Shown piece after piece: positions 28,916-39,095 of a stretch of DNA of 64,000 bases (position 1 is its first letter; every line of letters starts with the position of its first letter). This stretch comes from Campylobacterota bacterium (GTDB lineage Bacteria; Campylobacterota; Campylobacteria; Campylobacterales; Arcobacteraceae). A model generated the notes under the pieces. The model saw only the letters and a program-made list of their open reading frames with translations. It was not told the DNA's origin and did no database searches. A program made the translations under genes and the position numbers. Location: positions 118,335 to 182,334 of the forward strand of contig JBNJFB010000001.1 of the NCBI GenBank assembly GCA_051746405.1, read 5' to 3'.

Positions 28916-29850
28916 TATTTTTCCTTCTTTTTTGTTTGTTTATCAATTAGGTTTGCAATAAGCTCTATTTTTTTATTATTAAAATCTAATCCCAGTTTTT
29001 CTTGTTCTGGCGTTGCAAATGCTGGGATACCATTAACTTCTAATACCAAATACTCCTCTTTTTTTCTATCATATATTATGTCAACACCTGCTATTTCAAG
29101 TCCTGTTATTTTAGCAGCTTTAAGTGCTAATTCGATTACTTTATCGTTAGGTTCTCTTAAAAAAACACTCCCACCGCTACTTATGTTTGTACGCCAATCT
29201 TTTCCACTAGCTTTTCGCCCATAACAACTAACATATTGCCCATCAACAATATCAACTCGAAAGTCTGTATTATCATAGTCAATAAATTTTTCAACATAAA
29301 AAAATCTTAAATTCATTTGATTTAAAAAAGGTAAAAGCATATCAAGCGTAGCTTGATTTTCTATTTTTGTTAATCCAACTCCACCCCAACCATCAGTTGG
29401 TTTATATACCATTCTATCCCATTTTTTCATAATCTTTGTTAGTTGATGACTATCATCTCTATGACACAACTTATACTCAGGAGTTGCTATGCCACTGTTT
29501 TTTAATAAAAAAGAAGTTAAAAACTTATCTTCAGTTAATTCAAATGCATCATAATTATTAATTGTTGGAATAAGTTTACTTAATGCTTTAAATAAATAAA
29601 GTTGATATTGGGTCTGTTCCCCTGCATTGTATGAGAAGAAAAGATCAAGTTTATTAACTTTTATATCTTTTTGACTCTCATCATCACTTTGACAAATAAT
29701 ATTACTATTTTTAGCAATAGCATTTCTAAGATTTAGTCCTGAAATTACATCTATATTTCTATCATTGAGCTGTCTTATTAGTTTTTTTTGTATTGTATCT
29801 CCACCACCATTTTGGTATAACCACATTCCTATAGTTCTTTTTTTTGCCAT
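28915..29850 (-). CDS. RimK/LysX-family ATP-grasp peptide ligase
   Basis: EDKF, YKPTDGWGGVG, YVEKFI, DFRV, WRTNISSGG, AGVDI, LEVNGIP. Confidence 0.9.
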   Translation of the reverse strand: MAKKRTIGMWLYQNGGGDTIQKKLIRQLNDRNIDVISGLNLRNAIAKNSNIICQSDDESQKDIKVNKLDLFFSYNAGEQTQYQLYLFKALSKLIPTINNYDAFELTEDKFLTSFLLKNSGIATPEYKLCHRDDSHQLTKIMKKWDRMVYKPTDGWGGVGLTKIENQATLDMLLPFLNQMNLRFFYVEKFIDYDNTDFRVDIVDGQYVSCYGRKASGKDWRTNISSGGSVFLREPNDKVIELALKAAKITGLEIAGVDIIYDRKKEEYLVLEVNGIPAFATPEQEKLGLDFNNKKIELIANLIDKQTKKKEK

Positions 29851-29861
29851 TACATCCCCCT

Positions 29862-30968
29862 TTATTCAAATTTATAATTATTTGATTGATGAAAATTTAA
29901 TATTTTACTCATCATATCAATACGTTGCACAAAACTGCTTTTTAAAGCTCTCTCTTTAAGAGTATGGTCTCCATCTCCAAAAGGACCAAACCCATCAAGT
30001 GTTACAACACCACAACTTGCTACATGATTAGCATCACTGACGCCTCCTCTTTGTTCTGTAGGAAGTTTATACTCACTTATTTTTTCAAGCTTTTGTATAA
30101 AATGCTCTTGTTGTATATTAGGTTGCATTACATCTCTTTGTATTAAACCACTCAATGTAGAGTTTGTATTTTCAACATATGAAGTATTCGTAATAATATC
30201 AAGGGAATCTAATAGTCTATCACGCTCTTTTTGAGTCATATAACGAATTTCTAAAAGAAGTTCACAATTTGGACTAATGGTATTAGCACCAATTCCTCCA
30301 GAGATTTTACCCACATTTACTGTAGTTCCAAGCTTCAAATTGGTTAGTTTTGTAAGCTCTTGAAGTTTATAACTAGCTTCTAAATTAGCATTAATACCTT
30401 CTGTATATCTAACTCCTGCATGAGCGGCTTTTCCTGAGATATTAATAGTAAAAGTACCAACTCCTTTTCTTCCTGTTACTATTTCTAGATTTTTTCCTGC
30501 TGCTTCAAATACAAAACAGTAATCATAGTTTTTAGCAAGTTCTAAAGTCAATGCTTTACTATCATCGCTTCCTGTCTCTTCATCGCTTACAAGTAAAAAA
30601 TCGATATTGTGTATGGTTTTATTTTTTTCAAATAATGCTTTAAGTGATTCAAGAGCTACAATATTTCCGCCTTTCATATCACACACACCCGCACCATAAA
30701 CCCACTGTTCGTCTTCATGAAATTTTTCAAAACTGCCTGGAGGAAAAACAGTGTCGTTGTGTCCTAAAAGAAGTATTTTATCTCCAGATTTTTTTTCACT
30801 TTGAAATAAATAGTGATTTCCTATATGTTCTTTAAAAAATATTTTTGTTTCAAAACCAAGTGGTTCAAGCCATAGTTGCATCTGCTTAGCAACTTTATCA
30901 ACACCTTGTTTGTTTTTAGTATAGGAGTTGATTTCACAAATTGTTTGTAAATCTTTTAGATAGTGCAT
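29862..30968 (-). CDS. M20 metallopeptidase, glutamate carboxypeptidase G2-like
   Basis: LGHNDTV, GVCDMKGG, DEETGS, AAHAG, GGVSD, DGFGPFG.GDHT. Confidence 0.9.
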   Translation of the reverse strand: MHYLKDLQTICEINSYTKNKQGVDKVAKQMQLWLEPLGFETKIFFKEHIGNHYLFQSEKKSGDKILLLGHNDTVFPPGSFEKFHEDEQWVYGAGVCDMKGGNIVALESLKALFEKNKTIHNIDFLLVSDEETGSDDSKALTLELAKNYDYCFVFEAAGKNLEIVTGRKGVGTFTINISGKAAHAGVRYTEGINANLEASYKLQELTKLTNLKLGTTVNVGKISGGIGANTISPNCELLLEIRYMTQKERDRLLDSLDIITNTSYVENTNSTLSGLIQRDVMQPNIQQEHFIQKLEKISEYKLPTEQRGGVSDANHVASCGVVTLDGFGPFGDGDHTLKERALKSSFVQRIDMMSKILNFHQSNNYKFE

Positions 30969-30990
30969 TTATTCTCGTTTTATATTAAAG

Positions 30991-31013
30991 AACAAACCTT
31001 TTTTAGGTTTGTT
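30991..31013 (-). terminator. Hairpin in the 5' leader of the peptidase/ligase operon
   Basis: Minus strand AACAAACCT-aaaaa-AGGTTTGTT followed by CTTT, 22 nt upstream of the start codon. Confidence 0.4.
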
Positions 31014-31190
31014 TAGTTAGAGTTTATATTCTAAGAATTTTTAAAAACATACTTAAAAGAATAAACTTGCCTTGTTTAAAATTTATGAATTTATTATATC
31101 TAAAAAATAACTTAGTTGAATCAATTTTATAAAATAATTTCTTTTATGCTATAATAACTGCATAAATAAGCTTATAAATAGGGAAAGTTA

Positions 31191-32585
31191 ATGGCCAATA
31201 AAAATAGTAGTCAAATTTTAAAAAACAGTAATGCACAGATATTAGATGAGTTTAACGCATCAATAATGTTTGATAAAGAGTTGTACTCACAAGATATAAA
31301 AGGTTCAAAAGCTCATAGTTCAATGTTATATGAACAAGGAGTTTTAACTTTAGAAGAAAAAGATGCTATCCACAAAGGATTAGAACAAGTAAAAGAAGAG
31401 ATTGAAAGTGGTAAGTTTGAATTTTCACTAGAGTTTGAAGATATTCATATGGCTATTGAATCAAGGCTTACTGAAATAATAGGTGAACCAGGTAAAAAAC
31501 TTCATACAGCAAGAAGTAGAAATGACCAAGTTGCTACTGATTTTAGACTATATGTTCAAGAAAAAAGTTTAAGTATTAAAGAGCAGTTAAAGCAGTTGGT
31601 TGATGTTTTTGTGGATGTCGCTTCAAAACATACAGATACACTAATTCCAGGAATGACTCACTTGCAACATGCACAGCCTTTAAATTTTGGTTATCATATG
31701 TTAGCGTATGCAAATATGTTTAAAAGAGATTTTTTAAGATTTGAAAGCTCTTATGAAAGAAATAATCTCTCTCCTTTAGGAAGTGCAGCACTTGCAGGAA
31801 CTCCCCATAATATAAATAGAAACTCAACTAGCCAAAAGCTTGGATTTGATGCACCAACATCTCATGCAATGGACACAGTTTCAGATAGGGATTTTGCATT
31901 AGAAATATTATTTAATATCTCAACTTGTATGATGCATATAAGTAGAATATCAGAAGAGCTAATCACTTGGTCTTCGTATGAGTTTGGTTTTGTAAGAATG
32001 AGTGATGAGTATGCTACAACTTCATCAATAATGCCACAAAAGAAAAATCCTGATGTACCTGAATTATTAAGGGGTAAAACAGGTAGAGTTTATGGAAATT
32101 TAATCTCTTTATTAACTGTTATGAAAAGCCTTCCATTAGCTTACAATAAGGATACTCAAGAGGACAAAGAGGGTGTTTTTGACTCTGTAAAAACAGCTGA
32201 AATCTCTATAAAAATATTAACAGAAGTTATAAGAACAATGATAGTAAATAAAGAAAATATGAAAAAAGCTTGCAAAGTAGGGCACTTAACTGCAACTGAT
32301 TTGGCTGATTATTTAGTAGATAAAAAGAAGATGGCTTTTAGAACAGCTTACTATATTACAAAAGATGTTGTTGAAAAAGCAAATAGTTTAAATAAAGATA
32401 TAAGTGAATTAACAATAGAAGAGATTAGAACATCAAATGATGAATTAAAACAGATTGATGAAGAGATATTGATGTATTTAGATTTAAAAAACTCTATGAA
32501 CTCTAGAAACTCTTTAGGTGGTACATCTACAAGTGAAACAAATAGACAAATTCAAGAGTTTAAAGCTTGGTTAGAAAATAAATAA
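31191..32585 (+). CDS. argH: Argininosuccinate lyase
   Basis: [31 protein letters not shown]. Confidence 0.97.
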   Translation: MANKNSSQILKNSNAQILDEFNASIMFDKELYSQDIKGSKAHSSMLYEQGVLTLEEKDAIHKGLEQVKEEIESGKFEFSLEFEDIHMAIESRLTEIIGEPGKKLHTARSRNDQVATDFRLYVQEKSLSIKEQLKQLVDVFVDVASKHTDTLIPGMTHLQHAQPLNFGYHMLAYANMFKRDFLRFESSYERNNLSPLGSAALAGTPHNINRNSTSQKLGFDAPTSHAMDTVSDRDFALEILFNISTCMMHISRISEELITWSSYEFGFVRMSDEYATTSSIMPQKKNPDVPELLRGKTGRVYGNLISLLTVMKSLPLAYNKDTQEDKEGVFDSVKTAEISIKILTEVIRTMIVNKENMKKACKVGHLTATDLADYLVDKKKMAFRTAYYITKDVVEKANSLNKDISELTIEEIRTSNDELKQIDEEILMYLDLKNSMNSRNSLGGTSTSETNRQIQEFKAWLENK

Positions 32586-32592
32586 AATATAA

Positions 32593-32622
32593 TTTAAGAA
32601 GTTAAGTTTTTAACTTCTTAAA
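32593..32622. terminator. Bidirectional terminator between argH and cheV
   Basis: TTTAAGAAGTTAA-gttt-TTAACTTCTTAAA. Confidence 0.7.
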
Positions 32623-33515
32623 AATTTATTTGTCATATCATAAAGTGATTGAATATCAGTTTTTCCTACAAATCCATCTACGCCAATTCTGTCCATTTTA
32701 CCTTTTACAGCATCTGTTGTCATAGATGAGTTTACTACAACTGGGATATGGCTATATTTACTAGTAGTTTTTATAAAAGTAGCAACTTGAAAACCATCAG
32801 CTTCAGGCATCTCTATATCAGTAATCACTAAACCTATTTTTTCAGGATTTAGCTCTTGTGCTCTTCTTAATAGTTCAGCACCATTTACATAAATCTCATA
32901 TCTTATTCCAGTTCTTTTGAAAAACTTATGAAGTACTTCCCTTGCAACTCCTGAGTCTTCTGCTGCTAATACAATTTTTTCAGAGTCAAAACTGTGTTCA
33001 ACATATTTATTAACAGCATCTTCACCATCATCTGTCCAACCCACATCTCTTAATAGTTGTTCAGCATTAAATACTGTACAAAGCTCATCTTTATTATCTA
33101 CTTTTACATAAGTTGTATATGTGATTTTTGCATTTGTTTCTTCTGTATGTCTTAGTTGATCGGTTGTTTTCTCAACAATGTCAAGCATATCTTTAACTAA
33201 AAAACCTATTTTTTTATGATTAAATTCACAGTAAATAATAAGCTTGTATTCATCTAATTCAAGTTTTGAAAGACCTAACCAAACATCTAAATTAATAAGT
33301 GTTACAGGTTCACCTCTTATTGTAGCAATACCTGATATTACTTCGCTCTCTTTTGGAGTATCATTTATAGTTACTTCATCTTTTATTATAAATGCTTTTA
33401 CTTTAGCAATATTAATTGCATATATGTTGTTATGACCAGTGTAGAAAACTGCTAATTGTTGAACATTTCTTAGATGACCCTGCGTCATCTCTTCAACACT
33501 ACTAATACCACTCAT
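32610..33515 (-). CDS. cheV: Chemotaxis protein CheV (CheW plus receiver)
   Basis: YAINIAKVK, GIATIRG; AEDS, ITDIEMP..DG, VGK. Confidence 0.9.
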   Translation of the reverse strand: MSGISSVEEMTQGHLRNVQQLAVFYTGHNNIYAINIAKVKAFIIKDEVTINDTPKESEVISGIATIRGEPVTLINLDVWLGLSKLELDEYKLIIYCEFNHKKIGFLVKDMLDIVEKTTDQLRHTEETNAKITYTTYVKVDNKDELCTVFNAEQLLRDVGWTDDGEDAVNKYVEHSFDSEKIVLAAEDSGVAREVLHKFFKRTGIRYEIYVNGAELLRRAQELNPEKIGLVITDIEMPEADGFQVATFIKTTSKYSHIPVVVNSSMTTDAVKGKMDRIGVDGFVGKTDIQSLYDMTNKFLRS

Positions 33516-33578
33516 GAGAATCCTTTTATTGTTATAACTACTTTATTATATATCTTTTATTCTTTAAGTAACTTTAAG

Positions 33579-34229
33579 TTATTTTTCTATTTTTGCAAGA
33601 AGTTTCTTCATTGTAACTGAAGCCATCATTAAACCAAAGGAACCTGTAACTCCTTCAAAACTCCCTTTATCAATACATAAGGGTAGTTCAGGAGAGAAAA
33701 TAATTTTAAATTTTTTCTTGAAATTTGCTTGTTTTAGTTTAGTCCTAATTTTTTTTATAAATCTATCATTGTACGTATCCCAAATTGATGTGTACTGTAT
33801 TAAACTAGGGTCAATTCTTTTAGCTCCACCGCTTGTAGAGATTACTTTTTCATAGTGATTTATAATTAGATGAACTTTTGGTTCCACATCATCAATTGCA
33901 TCTAAAATATAATCATAAGATGAAAAGTCAAACTCATCAATCCACTGGGGAGTAATTTTAGCATTTATAGGTGTTGTTTGAGGGTATTTTTCTTTTAAAG
34001 CTTCAACTTTAACCCTTCCTATATTATCATGGCTTCCTAACTGCCTATTCATATTTGACTCTTCATAAGTATCAAAATCAACAATTGTAATATTTTTTAT
34101 GCCTGTGTTATATAATGCATCAAGTGCAAAACTTCCTATTCCACCTACACCTAAAAGTATAAGCTTAACATCTTTAAATTTATCAAATTTTTCTTGTCCA
34201 AATAACTTTATTGTTCTATCGTACTGCAT
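33579..34229 (-). CDS. tcdA: ThiF-family adenylyltransferase, tRNA threonylcarbamoyladenosine dehydratase-like
   Basis: LGVGGIGS, SNMNRQ, DAID, GSF..VTGSFG. Confidence 0.8.
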   Translation of the reverse strand: MQYDRTIKLFGQEKFDKFKDVKLILLGVGGIGSFALDALYNTGIKNITIVDFDTYEESNMNRQLGSHDNIGRVKVEALKEKYPQTTPINAKITPQWIDEFDFSSYDYILDAIDDVEPKVHLIINHYEKVISTSGGAKRIDPSLIQYTSIWDTYNDRFIKKIRTKLKQANFKKKFKIIFSPELPLCIDKGSFEGVTGSFGLMMASVTMKKLLAKIEK

Positions 34230-34292
34230 GTATAATCTACTCTTTTAAAAGTTTTTGGTATTATACCATAAATTAATTGATTGGAGATGTTG

Positions 34293-34778
34293 ATGGATAA
34301 AGAACCAATGACAACCGTAGGCTATGAAAAAATTACAAAAGAGTTTGAACTTTTGAAAAAAAAGGAAAGACCTGAAACTGTAATAGAACTAGATGAAGCT
34401 AGACAATTAGGGGATTTAAAGGAAAATGCAGAGTATCATGCAGCAAAAGATAAGTTGAAACTTATTGATTCTCAAATTGCAGAGTATGGAAATGTTATTT
34501 CAAAAGCTGTAATCATTGACCCCTCAACTCTTCCACATGATAAGATAAGTTTTGGTTCAACTTTTGACTTAGTTGATATTGATACAGACAAAGAGTTTAC
34601 TTATGCGATTGTTGGTGGAGTTGAGTCTAATGCAGATAGAGGATTTATCTCTTTTAACTCACCATTAGCTACACAGCTTCTAGGAAAAGAAGAGGGTGAT
34701 GAGATTACAGTTACCTTACCTGGTGGACAACAGTCATTTGAGATTTTATCTGTGTATTATAAGGAGCTTGATTTATAA
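34293..34778 (+). CDS. greA: Transcription elongation factor GreA
   Basis: GDLKENAEYHAAK, ISFNSPLA; start set at ATG 34293 after GGAG. Confidence 0.96.
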   Translation: MDKEPMTTVGYEKITKEFELLKKKERPETVIELDEARQLGDLKENAEYHAAKDKLKLIDSQIAEYGNVISKAVIIDPSTLPHDKISFGSTFDLVDIDTDKEFTYAIVGGVESNADRGFISFNSPLATQLLGKEEGDEITVTLPGGQQSFEILSVYYKELDL

Positions 34779-35782
34779 TGAAAGTAGCAGTAGTAGGTGC
34801 AAGTGGTTATACAGGGTTAGAATTAGTTAAGATTTTAGTAAATCATCCAAAGTTTGAGCTAACATATATTGCTAATTCAACAGGTGAACAAAAACTAACA
34901 CAACTTCATCCATCACTAATGGGTGTAATTGAAATGGATGTATCAAAAGTAGATACAAGTGATATTGCTAAAAATGCAGACTTGGCATTTTTAGCATTGC
35001 CCCATAAAACATCAATGCAAATAGCAAAAGAGCTTTTAGAACAAGGGGTAAAAGTAGTTGATTTAAGTGCAGATTATAGACTAAAACTAGAAACTTATGA
35101 AAAAAATTATTGTGAACATGTGGATAAAGAGCATATAAATCAAGCTGTATATGGTCTTCCAGAGTTTTATAAAGATGATTTAAAGGGTGCAGAATTAGTT
35201 GCAAATCCTGGATGTTATCCTACTGCTACACTATTAGCATTGATACCTTTTATTGATTATATCAAAAAAGATACTCCTATTTTTATTGATGCAAAAACAG
35301 GAGTTAGTGGAGCTGGAAAGAAACTAAATGAAATAACACAATTTGGTCATATAAATGAAAATGCCCATGCATATAATCCTTTTAAACATAGACATATGCC
35401 TGAAATTGAAGAAAAAGTACAACTTCTAAAAAATAAAGAGTTTCAAATAAACTTTGTGCCACATTTATTACCTGTTACAAGAGGTATGTTAGTTTCAGTA
35501 TATGCAATACTTGATGAAGATATTGATGAGAAAGCTATACTAAATGATGCATATAAAGACAGTGAGTTTATTAGAATAAGAGATAATGTAGTTGATATGA
35601 AATCAACTGCTGGTACAAACTATTGTGATATTTTTGTAACAAGAAATAAAAAATCACTATTTATAAACGCTTCAATTGATAATCTCTTAAGAGGTGCATC
35701 TTCTCAAGCAGTTGTAAATGCAAATATTATGTGTGGTTTTCAAGAGGGTGAGGGAATTCCTAAGATAGCTTATGTACCATAA
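34778..35782 (+). CDS. argC: N-acetyl-gamma-glutamyl-phosphate reductase
   Basis: GASGYTG, DLSADYR, ANPGCYPT, DNLLRGA. Confidence 0.97.
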   Translation: MKVAVVGASGYTGLELVKILVNHPKFELTYIANSTGEQKLTQLHPSLMGVIEMDVSKVDTSDIAKNADLAFLALPHKTSMQIAKELLEQGVKVVDLSADYRLKLETYEKNYCEHVDKEHINQAVYGLPEFYKDDLKGAELVANPGCYPTATLLALIPFIDYIKKDTPIFIDAKTGVSGAGKKLNEITQFGHINENAHAYNPFKHRHMPEIEEKVQLLKNKEFQINFVPHLLPVTRGMLVSVYAILDEDIDEKAILNDAYKDSEFIRIRDNVVDMKSTAGTNYCDIFVTRNKKSLFINASIDNLLRGASSQAVVNANIMCGFQEGEGIPKIAYVP

Positions 35783-36479
35783 TCTAAAGTTAAAAAAATC
35801 AGCAATTTTTATTGCTGATTCACATTTTAATAAAAATAACCAAGAGTTTTTAGAGTTTTTAGAAAAACTAAAAAGTGATGAGATAAAAACTTCACAATTA
35901 ATACTAATGGGTGATATTTTTGATTTTATATCAGGTGAGAGTAGATATTTTTTGAAAATAAATAATAGAATAATTAAACTTTTAAATAAACTATCTAGAA
36001 ATCTACAAATAGTATATTTAGAGGGAAATCATGACTATAATTTAAAAAAAATTTTTAAAGATATATATGTAATACCAAGGCATAAGCAGCCATTAGTATT
36101 AAAATATAAAGAGAAAAATATAGCACTATCACATGGAGATAATTTCACTGATTGGAAATATAATCTTTATTGTAAAGTTATTAGAAATAGTTTTTTATTG
36201 AAGTTTCTAAATTTGATAGATTTTGATTTTTTTATTTCAAAAAAGATAGAGAATGCACTTCTTAACAAAAATATATGTCATCATATGGAAAATTTTGAAC
36301 AGTTAGCAAAAAAAAGAGTTAAAAACTATAATGAATCTATTGTAATAGAAGGACATTTTCATCAAGGCAAAAGTTATATTTTTGAAAAACAAAGATATAT
36401 AAATGTTCCATCCCTTTGTTGTTCAAAAGAGTATATGGTTTTTGAAAATAGTGATTTTATTAAAAAGGATATTTTATAA
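35772..36479 (+). CDS. lpxH: UDP-2,3-diacylglucosamine diphosphatase (LpxH-like)
   Basis: IADSH, MGDIFD, EGNHD, HGD, GHFH. Confidence 0.8.
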   Translation: MYHNLKLKKSAIFIADSHFNKNNQEFLEFLEKLKSDEIKTSQLILMGDIFDFISGESRYFLKINNRIIKLLNKLSRNLQIVYLEGNHDYNLKKIFKDIYVIPRHKQPLVLKYKEKNIALSHGDNFTDWKYNLYCKVIRNSFLLKFLNLIDFDFFISKKIENALLNKNICHHMENFEQLAKKRVKNYNESIVIEGHFHQGKSYIFEKQRYINVPSLCCSKEYMVFENSDFIKKDIL

Positions 36480-37015
36480 TGAATAGCACATTGATTGTAG
36501 TATCAATAGTTATCTTACTTCTTCTAGTAGTTATTTTGGTACTAATTAAATATGTAATAAGTGACTCAAAGCAAGAAACAAAGAAAACTATTAAAAGAAA
36601 AGAAAACATAGATATAAATAGTGTCACCTTACCTTCAAAAATTGAAAGTTTTGACACTAGTACTTTAATAAAAGCATGTCAAACTGTTTATGAAACATTT
36701 GTACTATTGGATTTTAAAAATAATCCAGATGAGATGAATAAAATAGAGTGGCATGCATGGCAAGTTGCTATGTTAATAAAACTTGTAAAAAAAGATTGTA
36801 GTTTTATAGTTAGAAAAAAAGATGTATTCCCTGAGTCAATATACTCTTTAAAGTGGTCAGAAATTGAAAAAGAATTAGATAGAGTCATCAGAAAATACCA
36901 TGACAATGTTGATTTTAATAAAAGTAAAGATGAACTTTGTAATCAAATGCTTCTATCAGGTAGAGATATAAGCATAATTTTTTATTATGTTATAAATAGG
37001 GAAAGTAATAATTAG
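36479..37015 (+). CDS. Membrane-anchored hypothetical protein
   Basis: N-terminal TM segment; translationally coupled to lpxH. Confidence 0.7.
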   Translation: MNSTLIVVSIVILLLLVVILVLIKYVISDSKQETKKTIKRKENIDINSVTLPSKIESFDTSTLIKACQTVYETFVLLDFKNNPDEMNKIEWHAWQVAMLIKLVKKDCSFIVRKKDVFPESIYSLKWSEIEKELDRVIRKYHDNVDFNKSKDELCNQMLLSGRDISIIFYYVINRESNN

Positions 37016-37018
37016 ATA

Positions 37019-38965
37019 TTAATCTTTAAACTTATTCCTAACTTCTAGGAATAAGTTTATATTATTAAAGAAAATATCCACTAGTTTAGGATCAAAATGT
37101 TTTCCCCTTTCTTCTTTAAATAGTTTAAATATCTTATCATCATCCCATGCTTTTTTATAGCATCTATTGCTACCTAGTGCATCAAATACATCTGCAATGG
37201 CTGTAATTCTTCCATAGATATGAATCTCTTCTTCTTTTAAGTTATTTGGATAGCCAGTGCCATCCCATTTTTCATGGTGTTCATATGCAACTATTGCTGC
37301 TGTTTTTAAAAGCTGTCTATTAGAGTTTTTTAGCATATCATAGCCTAGTTTTGCATGTGTATTCATAATAGTTTTTTCTTCATCTGTTAATTTAGCTGGC
37401 TTTTTTAAAATAGCATCAGGAATACCAACTTTTCCTATATCATGCATTGGGCTTGCTTGCTTTAGTAGCTCCACTTCACTTTGTTCAAGGCCATATTTTT
37501 GTGCAAGAATTTTAGAGTATTCAGCTACTCTTCTTACATGATTTCCTGTCTCTTTACTTCTACTTTCACCAATTGAACCCATTGTAAAAATAATCTCTTT
37601 TTGCATATCTTCAATATCTTTTGCATCTGTTATATTTTGCCTCACTGCATTATAACCAATTAGGTTATTATTTATATCGTACTCAGGTTCAATCTCTGCA
37701 CTTACCCAATAATAAGAGCCATCTTTTTTTCTATTTTTTACTTCACCTCTCCAAATCTTCTCTTGCTTAATTGTCTTCCACATCTGTTTAAATGTCTCTT
37801 TTGGCATATCTGGGTGTCTTACTACACTATGAGGTCGTCCTACTAATTCATCTTTTGAAAAGCCTGAAATATCACAAAATGCTTTACTAACATCTGTAAT
37901 TGTGCCATTTTTATTGGTTCTTGAAAAAATTACATTTTTATCATAAATTGTCAAAAGTGCTTTTAGCTTCTGTTTTCTTTTTTCTATCTCTTTAGTTTTT
38001 TTGGCTACCTCTTTTGTTAAAAGTTTTGTATAGTTTTTATTAATGAAGTATAAAATAAGAAGTATAATAAATATTAAAAGAGCAATTATTTTTGAAAAAA
38101 AGTCTGTTTTAAAGTTGTAAATAATAGATTTATCAAGTCTATTCTCTTCAAAGAAAAAGATAAAAAACCCCATTTGTTCACCATGAATATCTTTGATTTG
38201 AGAGGTTGTCACAAGATAATCTTCAAAAATCATATACTTATCAATATATAAGAACTCTTTTAATTTATTTTTTTCAATTTTTTTCATTAACTCTTTTGAT
38301 GCATCTAAATTAGCAACATAGTTGTTTTTTATAAATAGACCTGTAAAAGGTTTTATAAATCTACTAGTATAATCTTCATGGACTAACATAATTGGCTCTA
38401 TATTTATAGATTTGAAAATCTTTGAAATTGAGTTGAATTTTGAAATCATCTCAATCATTCCAATAAACTCATTTTCATGGTATAATGGAATCATAGTTTT
38501 GAAAGTCATATCAAATCTACCTGTACTAATACCTCTCATTGGTCTTGGATTTTTTATCATATCTACAATATCAACTCTTGCAGCTGCTGCATAATCTCCA
38601 ACTTTATTAGTCCAACTTCTGTAAAAGCTATATCCATTTTTATCAATAATTTGAATCCAAAGATTTTTATACTCCCCATATTTTTGTATATTTTTGATTG
38701 TCTTATTATAGTTTAAAAGTGAGTTATCATCTTTAAGCAGTGCTTTGGTAAGTTGTTTATCTTCACTTAGAAGGTATGTTAAAGCAAAAGTTTTTCCAAA
38801 TTTATTCTCTACTTCTTTATCAAATCTTTTTTTTATCTCTTTTGATTTATTTAAATAAATATCATTTGTTAAATCATTAATTCTCTTTTTATAATAAAAC
38901 TCATTTATAATTAAGCTTAGGGTTAAAAGTAAAATTAGTGATATTAATATACTTTTTAAATTCAT
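37019..38965 (-). CDS. Membrane sensor with periplasmic Cache-like domain, PAS/PAC and HD-GYP phosphodiesterase
   Basis: Two TM segments; PAS ELVGRPHSVVRHPDMP, NRKKDGSYYWV; HDIGK, HHEKWDGTGYP. Confidence 0.9.
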   Translation of the reverse strand: MNLKSILISLILLLTLSLIINEFYYKKRINDLTNDIYLNKSKEIKKRFDKEVENKFGKTFALTYLLSEDKQLTKALLKDDNSLLNYNKTIKNIQKYGEYKNLWIQIIDKNGYSFYRSWTNKVGDYAAAARVDIVDMIKNPRPMRGISTGRFDMTFKTMIPLYHENEFIGMIEMISKFNSISKIFKSINIEPIMLVHEDYTSRFIKPFTGLFIKNNYVANLDASKELMKKIEKNKLKEFLYIDKYMIFEDYLVTTSQIKDIHGEQMGFFIFFFEENRLDKSIIYNFKTDFFSKIIALLIFIILLILYFINKNYTKLLTKEVAKKTKEIEKRKQKLKALLTIYDKNVIFSRTNKNGTITDVSKAFCDISGFSKDELVGRPHSVVRHPDMPKETFKQMWKTIKQEKIWRGEVKNRKKDGSYYWVSAEIEPEYDINNNLIGYNAVRQNITDAKDIEDMQKEIIFTMGSIGESRSKETGNHVRRVAEYSKILAQKYGLEQSEVELLKQASPMHDIGKVGIPDAILKKPAKLTDEEKTIMNTHAKLGYDMLKNSNRQLLKTAAIVAYEHHEKWDGTGYPNNLKEEEIHIYGRITAIADVFDALGSNRCYKKAWDDDKIFKLFKEERGKHFDPKLVDIFFNNINLFLEVRNKFKD

Positions 38966-39095
38966 TATATCTCTTTATATTTTTTATTAATCTAATACTA
39001 ATTTTATTGAGTTCAAACTTAATATACAAGATAACATAAAATATAACTAATTTTTATAGATAGTCATCTAAACAAATCTTTGATACAATACTGCT

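Noticed and set aside
27488..29850. Graspetide RiPP cluster, cyanophycin synthetase or glutathione synthetase
   Set aside because: No repetitive precursor peptide or exporter seen; no Mur-ligase domain or cyanophycinase; no GshB N-terminal motifs recognised
27488..32585. LysW/ArgX-type carrier-mediated arginine or lysine biosynthesis (ATP-grasp plus M20 beside argH)
   Set aside because: No LysW-like ORF ending in EDxGE, and no kinase, reductase or aminotransferase in the cluster; a conventional argC is present separately
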